A DNA stretch of 62,418 bases, taken from assembly GCA_044220955.1 (NCBI GenBank), contig JBGAQA010000037.1:1-62418 (forward strand). The letters run 5' to 3'. Below are positions 52,844-61,041 of this stretch, in pieces; position 1 is the first letter of the stretch, and each line of letters starts with the position of its first letter. Made by a program: the position numbers and the translations under genes. The notes beneath the pieces are model-generated. The model was not told the DNA's origin and ran no database searches. It worked only from the letters and a program-made list of their open reading frames with translations. Origin of the DNA: Sandaracinaceae bacterium. GTDB lineage: Bacteria; Myxococcota_A; Polyangia; Polyangiales; Sandaracinaceae.

Positions 52844-52931
52844 CGGGGCCGCTCGGGGAGACCGGATTGCCTCACGATCCGAGGAACGGCGGCTTTACCG
52901 GGTCGATTCGCGCGCCTACGCTCGGCGCGCC

Positions 52932-53150
52932 GTGCTTCAGCGAACGATCCTCCCCTGCCTCGTGCTCGCGGCCCTGGCCGCCGCGGGCTGCGTCACCGTC
53001 CACCCCTACGAGCGCGAGTACCTCGCGCGTCCGTCGATGGACGGCTCGAGCGAAGACGGCGAGACCGCGTTCCGCGCGCACATCCACGACTCGCGCGAGG
53101 GCGCGACGGGCGGGCACAACTCCACCGGCGGCGGCTGCGGCTGCAACTGA
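52932..53150 (+). CDS. DUF4266-domain small lipoprotein
   Basis: AAGCVTVHPYEREYLARPSM...SREGATGG...GGGCGCN terminus. Confidence 0.9.
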   Translation: MLQRTILPCLVLAALAAAGCVTVHPYEREYLARPSMDGSSEDGETAFRAHIHDSREGATGGHNSTGGGCGCN

Positions 53151-53170
53151 ACGTGCCGCGCCGCTCCGAC

Positions 53171-54322
53171 ATGCGCGCCGCGTGGCGCGCGATCGCGTCG
53201 CTCGTCGTGCTCGTCTTCGCGTCGAGCGCCACCCTGGTCCGCGCCGACGAGGCGTCGGGGCGCTGGACCGGACAGGTCTCGCTCTGGGGCAACTACTACT
53301 GGGAGACCTCGACGCGGGTCGAGGCGCCGGGCGCCGCGTTCCGGCTCTCGAGCCCCGACGGCGTCGACGTGCGCGGCGACTACCTGCTCGACGCGATCAC
53401 GAGCGCGTCGATCGCGGCAGGAGTGAGCGCCGACCGCCGCTTCACCGAGATCCGCAACCAGGGGAGCCTCGGCGTCGGGCACGAGTTCGACCTCGGCACC
53501 GAGCAGCTGCGCCTCGACGTCAGCGGCCGCGTCAGCGTCGAGCCCGACTACGTCGCGACGGGCGTGACGCTCTCGGGCGTGCTCTCGATGGCCGAGCGCT
53601 GCTCACTCCTCGGCTTCTCGCTCGGCTACATCCACGACGACGTCGGCCAGGTCATCCAGGGCGGGGCGAGCGCGGGCGCCGCGCTGAGCAACCGCGGCCG
53701 CGTCGGCCAGCTCGAGGGCGTGCAGCTCGGGATCTCGTTCAGCCAGATCCTCACGGCGACGAGCGTCTTCTCGATCGGCTACGACCTCGTGCACAACAAC
53801 GGCTTCATCCAGAACGCGTACCGCCAGGTCGCGATCGTCGGCTCGCAACCGGTGCCCGAGCACCACCCCGACCAGCGCACGCGCCACAGCTTCTACGGCA
53901 ACCTGCGGTGGATCGTCCCGGAGTCGGACACGGCGTTCCACCTGATGTACCGCGTGTACGTCGACGACTGGGGCATCGGCGCGCTCACGCCCGAGGCGCG
54001 CGTCTACCAGGGCCTCGGCGGCGGCGTGCTCCTGCGCCTGCGCTACCGCTACTACAACCAGCTGCACGCGTTCTTCGCGCCGCCCATCGGCGGCTACACC
54101 TCGGCGCTCGAGGCGCAGTACGTGACGGCCGACCAGAAGATGGCGCAGTTCGAGAACCACCTCGTGGGGTTCCACGCGCTCGTGCAGCTCCGCTTCTTGT
54201 CGGAGACGCCCCTCTCGTTCCTCGAGCAGGGCCGCTTCATCCTGAGCTTCGACTACTACCTTCAGGGCAGCCGCTTCGGAAACGCGGTGATCGCGCAGGC
54301 GGGCGTCGAGGTGCCATTCTGA
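53171..54322 (+). CDS. DUF3570-domain outer-membrane beta-barrel-like protein
   Basis: Signal peptide; DAITSAS, EPDY, EHHPDQRTRHS, YRVYVDDWGI, YRYYNQ, YVTADQKM; C-terminal Phe; follows DUF4266. Confidence 0.88.
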   Translation: MRAAWRAIASLVVLVFASSATLVRADEASGRWTGQVSLWGNYYWETSTRVEAPGAAFRLSSPDGVDVRGDYLLDAITSASIAAGVSADRRFTEIRNQGSLGVGHEFDLGTEQLRLDVSGRVSVEPDYVATGVTLSGVLSMAERCSLLGFSLGYIHDDVGQVIQGGASAGAALSNRGRVGQLEGVQLGISFSQILTATSVFSIGYDLVHNNGFIQNAYRQVAIVGSQPVPEHHPDQRTRHSFYGNLRWIVPESDTAFHLMYRVYVDDWGIGALTPEARVYQGLGGGVLLRLRYRYYNQLHAFFAPPIGGYTSALEAQYVTADQKMAQFENHLVGFHALVQLRFLSETPLSFLEQGRFILSFDYYLQGSRFGNAVIAQAGVEVPF

Positions 54323-54344
54323 TCAACCGGGGCTCGTTCCTGCA

Positions 54345-54478
54345 CTCCTGCCTTCCTCAGCAATTGAACGCAGACCGCGACGTCGCTGCGCAGGCGCTAC
54401 GGCTCGAGTCGGCGCCCTCACGATCGTGGGACCGGCCGCTCCGAACATCGGTTGCTGAGGAAGACAGGAAGGCAGGAG
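54345..54478. repeat. REP-doublet-like inverted repeat
   Basis: CTCCTGCCTTCCTCAGCAA near 54345 versus TTGCTGAGGAAGACAGGAAGGCAGGAG near 54452-54478. Confidence 0.6.
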
Positions 54479-54574
54479 CAAGCTCCGTGGTCTCCGCCCT
54501 CCATTCGAATCTCCTCGGCACCGGCACGCGCACCGCGATCTGCGTCACGGCGCGAAGTCGTTCTGCCCGGCGCG

Positions 54575-54949
54575 TCACTCGGCTGGCAGGACCAGCTCAC
54601 GGCTCAGGACACCGCGCTCCGGCCCGCGATCGTTCCCGCTCCGGATCACGAAGGTCGACGTCTCGAACTCGGACAACGTGACGAACACGTGCGCGCACGT
54701 CGTGGCGGCGCGATCACAGCGCCGAGCGCACAGCGACCCGCCGGTCTCGTCGATCTGATCGGTCCACCACGAACGCTCCTCGCCGACCTCGAGCCGCGGA
54801 ATCGACTCCGGCTCTCGGGTCACGGTCGCGACGACGTCACACAGCGGGACACCGCTCTCGTTGCGGATCGTCGCCCGCGCACAGCCGACGACCGCGATGT
54901 TGCCGAGGCAGGTGACCGATGAAATCCACGTTCGTCGTACGACCGCCAT
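54575..54949 (-). CDS. Hypothetical protein in a lower-GC segment
   Basis: Open frame with possible lipobox (VVGC); atypical codon usage. Confidence 0.4.
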   Translation of the reverse strand: MAVVRRTWISSVTCLGNIAVVGCARATIRNESGVPLCDVVATVTREPESIPRLEVGEERSWWTDQIDETGGSLCARRCDRAATTCAHVFVTLSEFETSTFVIRSGNDRGPERGVLSRELVLPAE

Positions 54950-54960
54950 GAAGTCGAGGA

Positions 54961-54984
54961 CTTGCGTGGGTGTGGAGTGACCCC
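54961..54984. repeat. Solo end of the GGGGTCACTCCACA repeat family
   Basis: cttgcgtgggTGTGGAGTGACCCC matches the reverse complement of 12163-12186. Confidence 0.7.
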
Positions 54985-54986
54985 GC

Positions 54987-57335
54987 TCAGGGCGCGGGCT
55001 CGGGGGCCTGGTCGAAATGGAGGGTCGCGCCGTGGATGATCGCGTCGTGCGCGAGCGTCTCGCGGCCGATCGCGGCGCCGTCGAGCGTGAGCGCGGTGAC
55101 GAAGGGCCAGGGGTCCCACGCGTCGGGCGCGTCGACGACGAGGTCGCCGCCGGGCAGGTGGAGCGTCGCCCGCGTGAACAGCGGTGAGCCGAGCCAGTAC
55201 TGGTCGGAGCCGGCGATCGGGTAGAAGCCGAGCATCGTGAAGAGCAGCCACGCGCTCATCGTGCCGCCGTCGTCGTTGCCCGGCAGGCCGGTCGGGCCCT
55301 CGCCATAGAACGCGCGCAGCGCCCAGCGCGACCAGAGCGCGGCCTCGTCGGGCGAGCCCCACGCGGCGAAGAGATAGGGCACGTGGATGTCGGGCTCGTT
55401 GCCCTGCCAGTAGTAGACCGGCGGCGCGGGCGTGTGGCGCTCGCGCGCGGAGCGCTGGAAGAGATCACGCAGGCGCGCGAGGGCGACCTCGCGGCCGCCG
55501 AGCGTCGTCGCGAGGCCTTCCGGATCGTGCGGCGCGAGCCAGAGGTACTGGTACGCGTCGCCCTCGGCGTAGCTGTCGTCCCAGCGCGTCGGGTTCACGC
55601 GCAAGAAGGTCCCGTCGGCGCGGCGACCGACGAAGAACCCGCTCGGGCCCCCGTTCGGATCGACCGCGCTCGGATCGTAGGTGCGCTGGTAGCTGAGCGC
55701 GCGCTCGTGGAAGCGCGCCTCGTCGGCCGTGAGCCCGAGCTCGTGCGCCATGCGCGCGATCGAGTCGTCGGCGATGGCGTACTCCATCGTCATCGCCGCC
55801 GAGCCCTGCTCCTGGGACACGTAGCCGAGCGTCGTGTAGCTCTCGACGCCTCCGCGCCCGGGGATCGTCCCGTCGGCGGCGGGCACGAACATCTCGTAGG
55901 CGTGCATCAGGTCGAAGCCGCGCACGCCGCGCGCCCAGCTGTCGTAGACGATCACCGCCGCGGGATCGCCGATCATCCCGTCGGTCTCGCCGGTGCCGAG
56001 CGGCCAGCGGGGGTAGTGCCCGTACACCTCGGCCATCGCCATCATCGAGCGCACGAAGTCGAGCTGGAGCGCGGGATCGATCAGCGAGATGAGCGAGTGG
56101 AACGTGCGGTACGTGTCCCACATCGAGAAGTCGGTGTAGTAGGTGAAGCCCGTCGCGGTCGCGAGCTGCTGGTCCACGCCGCGGTAGCGCCCGTCCACGT
56201 CGGTCGCGAGCGTCGGCATCAGGAGCGAGTGGTAGAGCGCCGTGTACGCGAGGCGGAAGTCGCGCTCGCTGCGGCCCTCGAGCTCGAGGACGCCGAGGCG
56301 GCGCTCCCACTCGGCCACCGCCGCGGTGCGCGCGGCGTCGAAGTCGAGGCCGCGGTCCTCCGCATCGAGGTTCGCCCGTGCGCCTGCGGCGTCCACGAAC
56401 GACATCGCGACCGCGGCGCGCACGACCGCGCCCGGCGCGAAGGTCACGTAGAGCCCGCCCGTGCTCGCCGCCCGCGCGGTGTCGCCCGCGTGCAGCGCGC
56501 CGGGCTCCCAGGCGCCGTGGGTGGCGAAGGCCTGGTCGAAGCGCATGACGAAGTACATCGTCACACCGCCGAAGCGGCCCGAGTACCCGCCGATGAAGTG
56601 GACCGAGCCGCTGATCTCGTGGGCGGTGGCGTCGAGCGTCGCGCTCGCGTCGGAGATGTCGACGCCCTCCTGCGTGTGCGCGAGGTCGACGAAGATCGTC
56701 GCCTCGCCCGCGTGCGGGAACGTGACGCGATGGAAGCCCACGCGCGCCGAGGCCGTGAGCTCGACGCCGATCGCCTCCGCGCCCGTGCCGATCGTGACCT
56801 CGTAGCGACCGGGCGAGGCGTGCTCGCTGCCTGGCGAGATCGGCGCGAGCAGGCCCTCGGGCATCGTGCGCCCGACGGTCGCGCCGATCGTGGGCATGAG
56901 CGCGACGACGCCGTAGTCGTTGACGCCCGTGCCGTGCATGCGCGTGTGGCTGAAGCCGCTCACGTGCGTGTCCCCGGCGTGGTAGCCGGCCGTGTGGAGG
57001 TAGCCGTTGGCGACGCCGGTCGCGGTGCACGTGTCGGCCCCGGGCCGGATCATGCCGAAAGGCCACTGCGGCCCGGGGTGCGTGCTGCCGATGTCGTTGT
57101 AGCCCTGGCCGCCCGTGCCGATCATCGGATCCACCCACTGCGCGAGCGGTGTGGCGGCACTCTCCGTGGCCGGCGGCGGACCCGCGTCGAGCCCCGTGTC
57201 GGGCGCCCACGCGTCGGGGCGGCGGAACGACGCGTCGGTGCCAGCGTCGGTCCCGGGGGCGGCGTCCTCGGCGGGCGGCGCCGTCGTCGAGCACGCAGCG
57301 AGGATCACGGCGAGAACGAGCGTCGCGCGTCGCAT
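54987..57335 (-). CDS. GH92 alpha-mannosidase family lipoprotein
   Basis: Lipobox LAAC; VDPMIGTGG, PFGMIRPGADT, GFSHTRMHGTG, FSMWDTYR, QGNEPDIH, PGNDDGGTMSAW. Confidence 0.93.
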   Translation of the reverse strand: MRRATLVLAVILAACSTTAPPAEDAAPGTDAGTDASFRRPDAWAPDTGLDAGPPPATESAATPLAQWVDPMIGTGGQGYNDIGSTHPGPQWPFGMIRPGADTCTATGVANGYLHTAGYHAGDTHVSGFSHTRMHGTGVNDYGVVALMPTIGATVGRTMPEGLLAPISPGSEHASPGRYEVTIGTGAEAIGVELTASARVGFHRVTFPHAGEATIFVDLAHTQEGVDISDASATLDATAHEISGSVHFIGGYSGRFGGVTMYFVMRFDQAFATHGAWEPGALHAGDTARAASTGGLYVTFAPGAVVRAAVAMSFVDAAGARANLDAEDRGLDFDAARTAAVAEWERRLGVLELEGRSERDFRLAYTALYHSLLMPTLATDVDGRYRGVDQQLATATGFTYYTDFSMWDTYRTFHSLISLIDPALQLDFVRSMMAMAEVYGHYPRWPLGTGETDGMIGDPAAVIVYDSWARGVRGFDLMHAYEMFVPAADGTIPGRGGVESYTTLGYVSQEQGSAAMTMEYAIADDSIARMAHELGLTADEARFHERALSYQRTYDPSAVDPNGGPSGFFVGRRADGTFLRVNPTRWDDSYAEGDAYQYLWLAPHDPEGLATTLGGREVALARLRDLFQRSARERHTPAPPVYYWQGNEPDIHVPYLFAAWGSPDEAALWSRWALRAFYGEGPTGLPGNDDGGTMSAWLLFTMLGFYPIAGSDQYWLGSPLFTRATLHLPGGDLVVDAPDAWDPWPFVTALTLDGAAIGRETLAHDAIIHGATLHFDQAPEPAP

Positions 57336-57408
57336 CGAGGGTGATGATAGCGGGAACAAGCGAGAGGATGCTGTGCGTCTTGTCCCGCGAGGAGCCGCGC
57401 CGCAGGCC

Positions 57409-57795
57409 ATGCCGAGAGAACGCTTCCTTCGTGTCGCCCTCGTGGTCGCGATCGCGTCGTTCGTGCTCCTGCTCGACGGCGTCTCCAAGGCGTGGGCCGT
57501 GGAGACGCTCCGCGGCGCGGACCTCGTCCTCGTGCCGCGCGCCCTCGAGCTGACGTACGCCGAGAACCCTGGTGTCGCGTTCTCGATGTTCGCCGAGGCC
57601 TCGCCGCTCGTGCGGCTCGGCGTCCTCCCGGCCCTCGCGCTGTCCGCGGCGCTCCTCTTCTTCTTCCGTGCGTCGGCCCGCTCGGGCTCACCGCTCGCGC
57701 GCGTCGCGGTGTTCGTGGGCGCCCTGCTCCTGGTGCTCGACGCGTCGAGGCGGCGCGACCTCAGGGCGCTGCGCAGGCCCGATCGAGCCGGCTGA
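57409..57795 (+). pseudogene. lspA: Signal peptidase II homolog with in-frame deletion of the catalytic core
   Basis: Has LDGVSKAW and ELTYAENPGVAFS but runs from LARVA directly into VFVGALLLVLD; GNxxDR, V.DF and FNxAD motifs are absent. Confidence 0.75.
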
Positions 57796-58312
57796 GGGCC
57801 GCCTCCATCTCGGGCGCGATGCGCGCCTCGAGACCGACGAAGGGCCAGAGCAGGCGCGCGAGCCCGTGCAGGTCGGAGGCGAGCGCCCACGTCACCTCCG
57901 TGCCTGCCGGCACGGCCCGGAGCTCGAACGTCTGCGTCGAGCTGCCGCCCCCGAGCGGACCGCGGGTCTCGTTCGACATCTCCACGCGCTCGGCCGTCAC
58001 CGAAGCGATCGTCGTCCGGGCGCCGCTCCCGTCCGCGTCGCGCCGCTCGATCCACGCGCCGACGCCGCGCGGCTCCGGCGAGAACGCGACCGTCGGCCGC
58101 GGCGCGCCCGGGAGCGCGGGCCACGGATCCCACGCCGCGAACGCCCGCACGTCCGAGAGCTGCGCCATCACGGCCGCGGGCGGCGCCGCGATCGTGCGCG
58201 TCCGCGCGATGCGGTACGACGCCGGCTGCGCGGAGTAGAAGAGGACGATCGCCACGAGCGCGAGCCCGCCGAGCGACGCGAGGGCGAGGACCACGATCCG
58301 GAGCACGCGCAC
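57761..58312 (-). CDS. SRPBCC (polyketide cyclase/START-like) family protein
   Basis: N-terminal TM; RTRTIAAPPAAV...AWDPW...GVGA...GTEVTW...EAALSRLD. Confidence 0.85.
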   Translation of the reverse strand: MRVLRIVVLALASLGGLALVAIVLFYSAQPASYRIARTRTIAAPPAAVMAQLSDVRAFAAWDPWPALPGAPRPTVAFSPEPRGVGAWIERRDADGSGARTTIASVTAERVEMSNETRGPLGGGSSTQTFELRAVPAGTEVTWALASDLHGLARLLWPFVGLEARIAPEMEAALSRLDRACAAP

Positions 58313-58326
58313 GTGAGGAACGTACT

Positions 58327-59541
58327 ATGACCCGCACGATGACGGACACGCCGCAGGCCCCGTCCGAGACCGCGCGCCGCGCTCGGACGTTCGTCGTCGT
58401 CATGGGCCTCGTCGCGATGTTCGGTGACATGACCTACGAGGGGGCGCGCGGGATCGTGGGCCCCTACCTCGCCGTGCTGGGGGCGAGCGCCGCGAGCGTC
58501 GGCTTCGCGGCGGGCCTCGGCGAGCTTCTCGGCTACGGCCTGCGCCTGGCGAGCGGCTGGATCGCCGATCGCACGCGTGCGTACTGGGCGTTCGTGATCG
58601 GCGGCTATGCGATCAACCTCGTCGCCGTGCCGGGCCTCGCGTTCGTGGGCGGCTGGCGCGCCGGCATCGCGCTCCTCGTGCTCGAGCGGATCGGCAAGGC
58701 GATCCGCAGCCCCTCGCGCAGCACGCTGGTCTCCTACGCCTCGACGGAGGTCGGGGCCGGCTGGAGCTTCGGACTGGACGAGGCGCTCGATCAGATCGGC
58801 GCGGTCACGGGTCCGCTGCTCGTCGCGCTCGCGATGTGGCTCTCGAGCAGCGCGGACACGACGGCGCCCTATCGCCTGGCGTTCGCGGTGCTGCTGCTTC
58901 CCGTGGCGGGCAACCTCTCGCTCGTGCTCTACGCGCGGCGGCGCTACCCGCAGCCGGAGCAGCTCGCGTCGCGCGAGGTGACGACGCCCTCGCTCGGACG
59001 CGGCGCGCTCACGGGGACGCTCGTCGCCTCGTGCCTGCTCGCGCTCGGCTTCTGCGACTGGGCGCTCGTGGCGTACCACGCGCTCGAGCGCCACGTCCTG
59101 ACGGGCGAGTCGATCGCGCTGCTCTACGCGGTCGTGATGGGCGTCGACGCGGCGGCCGCGCTGATCTTCGGCCGCCTCTTCGATCGCGTGGGGATGCGCG
59201 CCCTCGCGCTCTCGTCGCTGATCGGCGCCGCGCTCGCGCCGCTCGTGTTCCTCGCGCCATCGGCGCCGCTCCTCATCGCCGGGGCGGTGCTCTGGGGCAT
59301 CGGGATGGGCGCTCAGGACTCGATCCTGAAGGCGGCGATCGCGACCGCGGTGCCCAAGGCCGCCCGCGCGCGGGCCTACGGCGTGTTCTTCTCCGTGTTC
59401 GGCGTCGCGTGGTGGGCCGGGAGCAGCGCGATGGGGTGGCTCTACGGGCGCTCGATCCCGGCGCTCGTGGCGCTCTCGGTCGTGGCGCAGCTCGCAGCCG
59501 CCCTCGCGTTCCTGGTGCTCGCGCGGCGCCGCGTGAAATAG
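58327..59541 (+). CDS. MFS transporter
   Basis: About 12 hydrophobic segments; GDMTYEGAR, SGWIADRT, ERIGKAIRSP, DQIGAVTGP; alternative start 58339. Confidence 0.92.
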   Translation: MTRTMTDTPQAPSETARRARTFVVVMGLVAMFGDMTYEGARGIVGPYLAVLGASAASVGFAAGLGELLGYGLRLASGWIADRTRAYWAFVIGGYAINLVAVPGLAFVGGWRAGIALLVLERIGKAIRSPSRSTLVSYASTEVGAGWSFGLDEALDQIGAVTGPLLVALAMWLSSSADTTAPYRLAFAVLLLPVAGNLSLVLYARRRYPQPEQLASREVTTPSLGRGALTGTLVASCLLALGFCDWALVAYHALERHVLTGESIALLYAVVMGVDAAAALIFGRLFDRVGMRALALSSLIGAALAPLVFLAPSAPLLIAGAVLWGIGMGAQDSILKAAIATAVPKAARARAYGVFFSVFGVAWWAGSSAMGWLYGRSIPALVALSVVAQLAAALAFLVLARRRVK

Positions 59542-59552
59542 GATGGGGGCCG

Positions 59553-59894
59553 ATGTCCGAGAAGAAGAGCCCGTTCGCCGCGCTCGAGGCGCTCAAGAGC
59601 TCCGTGCCCGCGGGTCGGGCGCCCGCGAGCAAGCCCGCGCCTGCCGCCACCGATCCCTTCGAGGCCAAGGTCGTGGTGGCGCGCTCGCGCAAGGGCCGCG
59701 GCGGCAAGACGGTGACGATCGTGACGGGCGTGAAGGCGGCCGCGCGCGAGCAGGTGTGCCGCGACGTGAAGAAGGCCCTCGGCTGCGGCGCGACGATCGA
59801 GGACGACGCGATCGTGGTCGGCGGCGACGTGGCCGATCGCGTGCGCGCATGGCTCGAAGCGCACGGCGCGCGGCGCGTCGTGATGGGCAGCTGA
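59553..59894 (+). CDS. SUI1/YciH family translation initiation factor
   Basis: RKGRGGKTVTIVTG...KKALGCGATI...GD..DRV..WL. Confidence 0.9.
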   Translation: MSEKKSPFAALEALKSSVPAGRAPASKPAPAATDPFEAKVVVARSRKGRGGKTVTIVTGVKAAAREQVCRDVKKALGCGATIEDDAIVVGGDVADRVRAWLEAHGARRVVMGS

Positions 59895-60427
59895 TGCGAC
59901 GGGGGCTCGTGGCGCTGGCGCTGCTCGTGGACGCTTGCGGCGCGTCGCCGCCGCCGCGCGACGATCGGCCGCCCACCACCGAGCAGGCGGCCCCGCCGCA
60001 GCCGCCGCCCTTCGCGGGCCATGGTCCGCTCGTCCTCCGCTCGGTCCCGCCGACGGCGTCCGTGGGGACGGCGCAGCCGCCGCTCTACGCCGAGCTCGCC
60101 GCCGACGGCTCCGTCACGGGTACGCGCTGCAGCGCCACGCGCTTCACGGACGAAGGCTCGCTCGAGCGCGAGGGCACGCCCGTCGCCCACGTCGAGTCGG
60201 ACGCCGAGGGCCTCGTGGTGCGAGGCGAGGGCGACGCGCCTGGCTGGACGATCCGCGGAAGCGTCCTGATCGCCGGTGGAGCGGCGCGCTTCGAGCTCGC
60301 CGGCGGGACGATCGCGCCCGGCGACCCGGAGCTTCCCGCGGTGGGCGTCGTCCCACCGGACGCCGACCCCGCGCTCGCGCTCGCGCTCTTCGCGACGCTC
60401 CTGGTCTGCGACGACGTGGGCCCCTGA
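59894..60427 (+). CDS. Hypothetical lipoprotein-like protein
   Basis: MRRGLVALALLVDAC; TGATG coupling to the SUI1 gene. Confidence 0.7.
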   Translation: MRRGLVALALLVDACGASPPPRDDRPPTTEQAAPPQPPPFAGHGPLVLRSVPPTASVGTAQPPLYAELAADGSVTGTRCSATRFTDEGSLEREGTPVAHVESDAEGLVVRGEGDAPGWTIRGSVLIAGGAARFELAGGTIAPGDPELPAVGVVPPDADPALALALFATLLVCDDVGP

Positions 60428-60432
60428 TCGCG

Positions 60433-61041
60433 TCAGGGATCGAGCCGCGCACGGGCGGCGAGCGCCTCGGCCTCGCGCGCGTCGATCCCGTACCACGCTG
60501 CCAGCGCGCGCGCGGTGTCGGCCTCGCTCGCGGAGCGCGCGAGCCCCCGCGCGCGTCGCAGCGGCTCGTGCGGGTGGAAGCGGAAGATCCAGGGGGCGAG
60601 CTGGCGCGTGACGAGATCCGCGCAGACGTCGTGGATCACCTCGATGCCGGCGTCGCGCAGGATCGCCAGCCCGGCTCCGTCCACGCGCGGGTTCGGATCG
60701 AGGATGCCCGTCACCACGCGCCGCACTCCCGACGACACGATCGCGCGCGCGCACGCGGGCGTGCGCCCGTGGAAGGCGCAGGGCTCGAGCGTGGAGTAGA
60801 GGGTCAGCTCGGAGAGCAAGACGCCGAGCGCGGCTGCGTCGTGCATCGCCACGATCTCGGCGTGATCCTCGCCGGGCCCCTGCGTGTGCCCCCGCGCGAC
60901 GATCGCGCCCGAGGCGTCGGTCAGGACGCAGCCGACCCACGGATTGTCGCCGGTCTTGCCGCGCGCGCGCTCGGCCTCGTCGATGGCCTCGCGCATCGCG
61001 CGGACGTGCGGATCGCCTGCAGAAGCGCCCGCGACGCTCAA
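60433..61041 (-). CDS. Stand-alone RibD-type zinc deaminase domain protein
   Basis: NPWVGCV, HAE, TLEPCAFHGRTPAC, DPNPRVDGAG; no reductase domain. Confidence 0.85.
   Translation of the reverse strand: MSVAGASAGDPHVRAMREAIDEAERARGKTGDNPWVGCVLTDASGAIVARGHTQGPGEDHAEIVAMHDAAALGVLLSELTLYSTLEPCAFHGRTPACARAIVSSGVRRVVTGILDPNPRVDGAGLAILRDAGIEVIHDVCADLVTRQLAPWIFRFHPHEPLRRARGLARSASEADTARALAAWYGIDAREAEALAARARLDP

Noticed and set aside
53148..53150. TGA after GCGCN in DUF4266 as a possible Sec codon
   Set aside because: GCGCN is the normal family C-terminus; read-through gives an Arg/Ser-rich off-frame sequence overlapping DUF3570, and no convincing SECIS follows.
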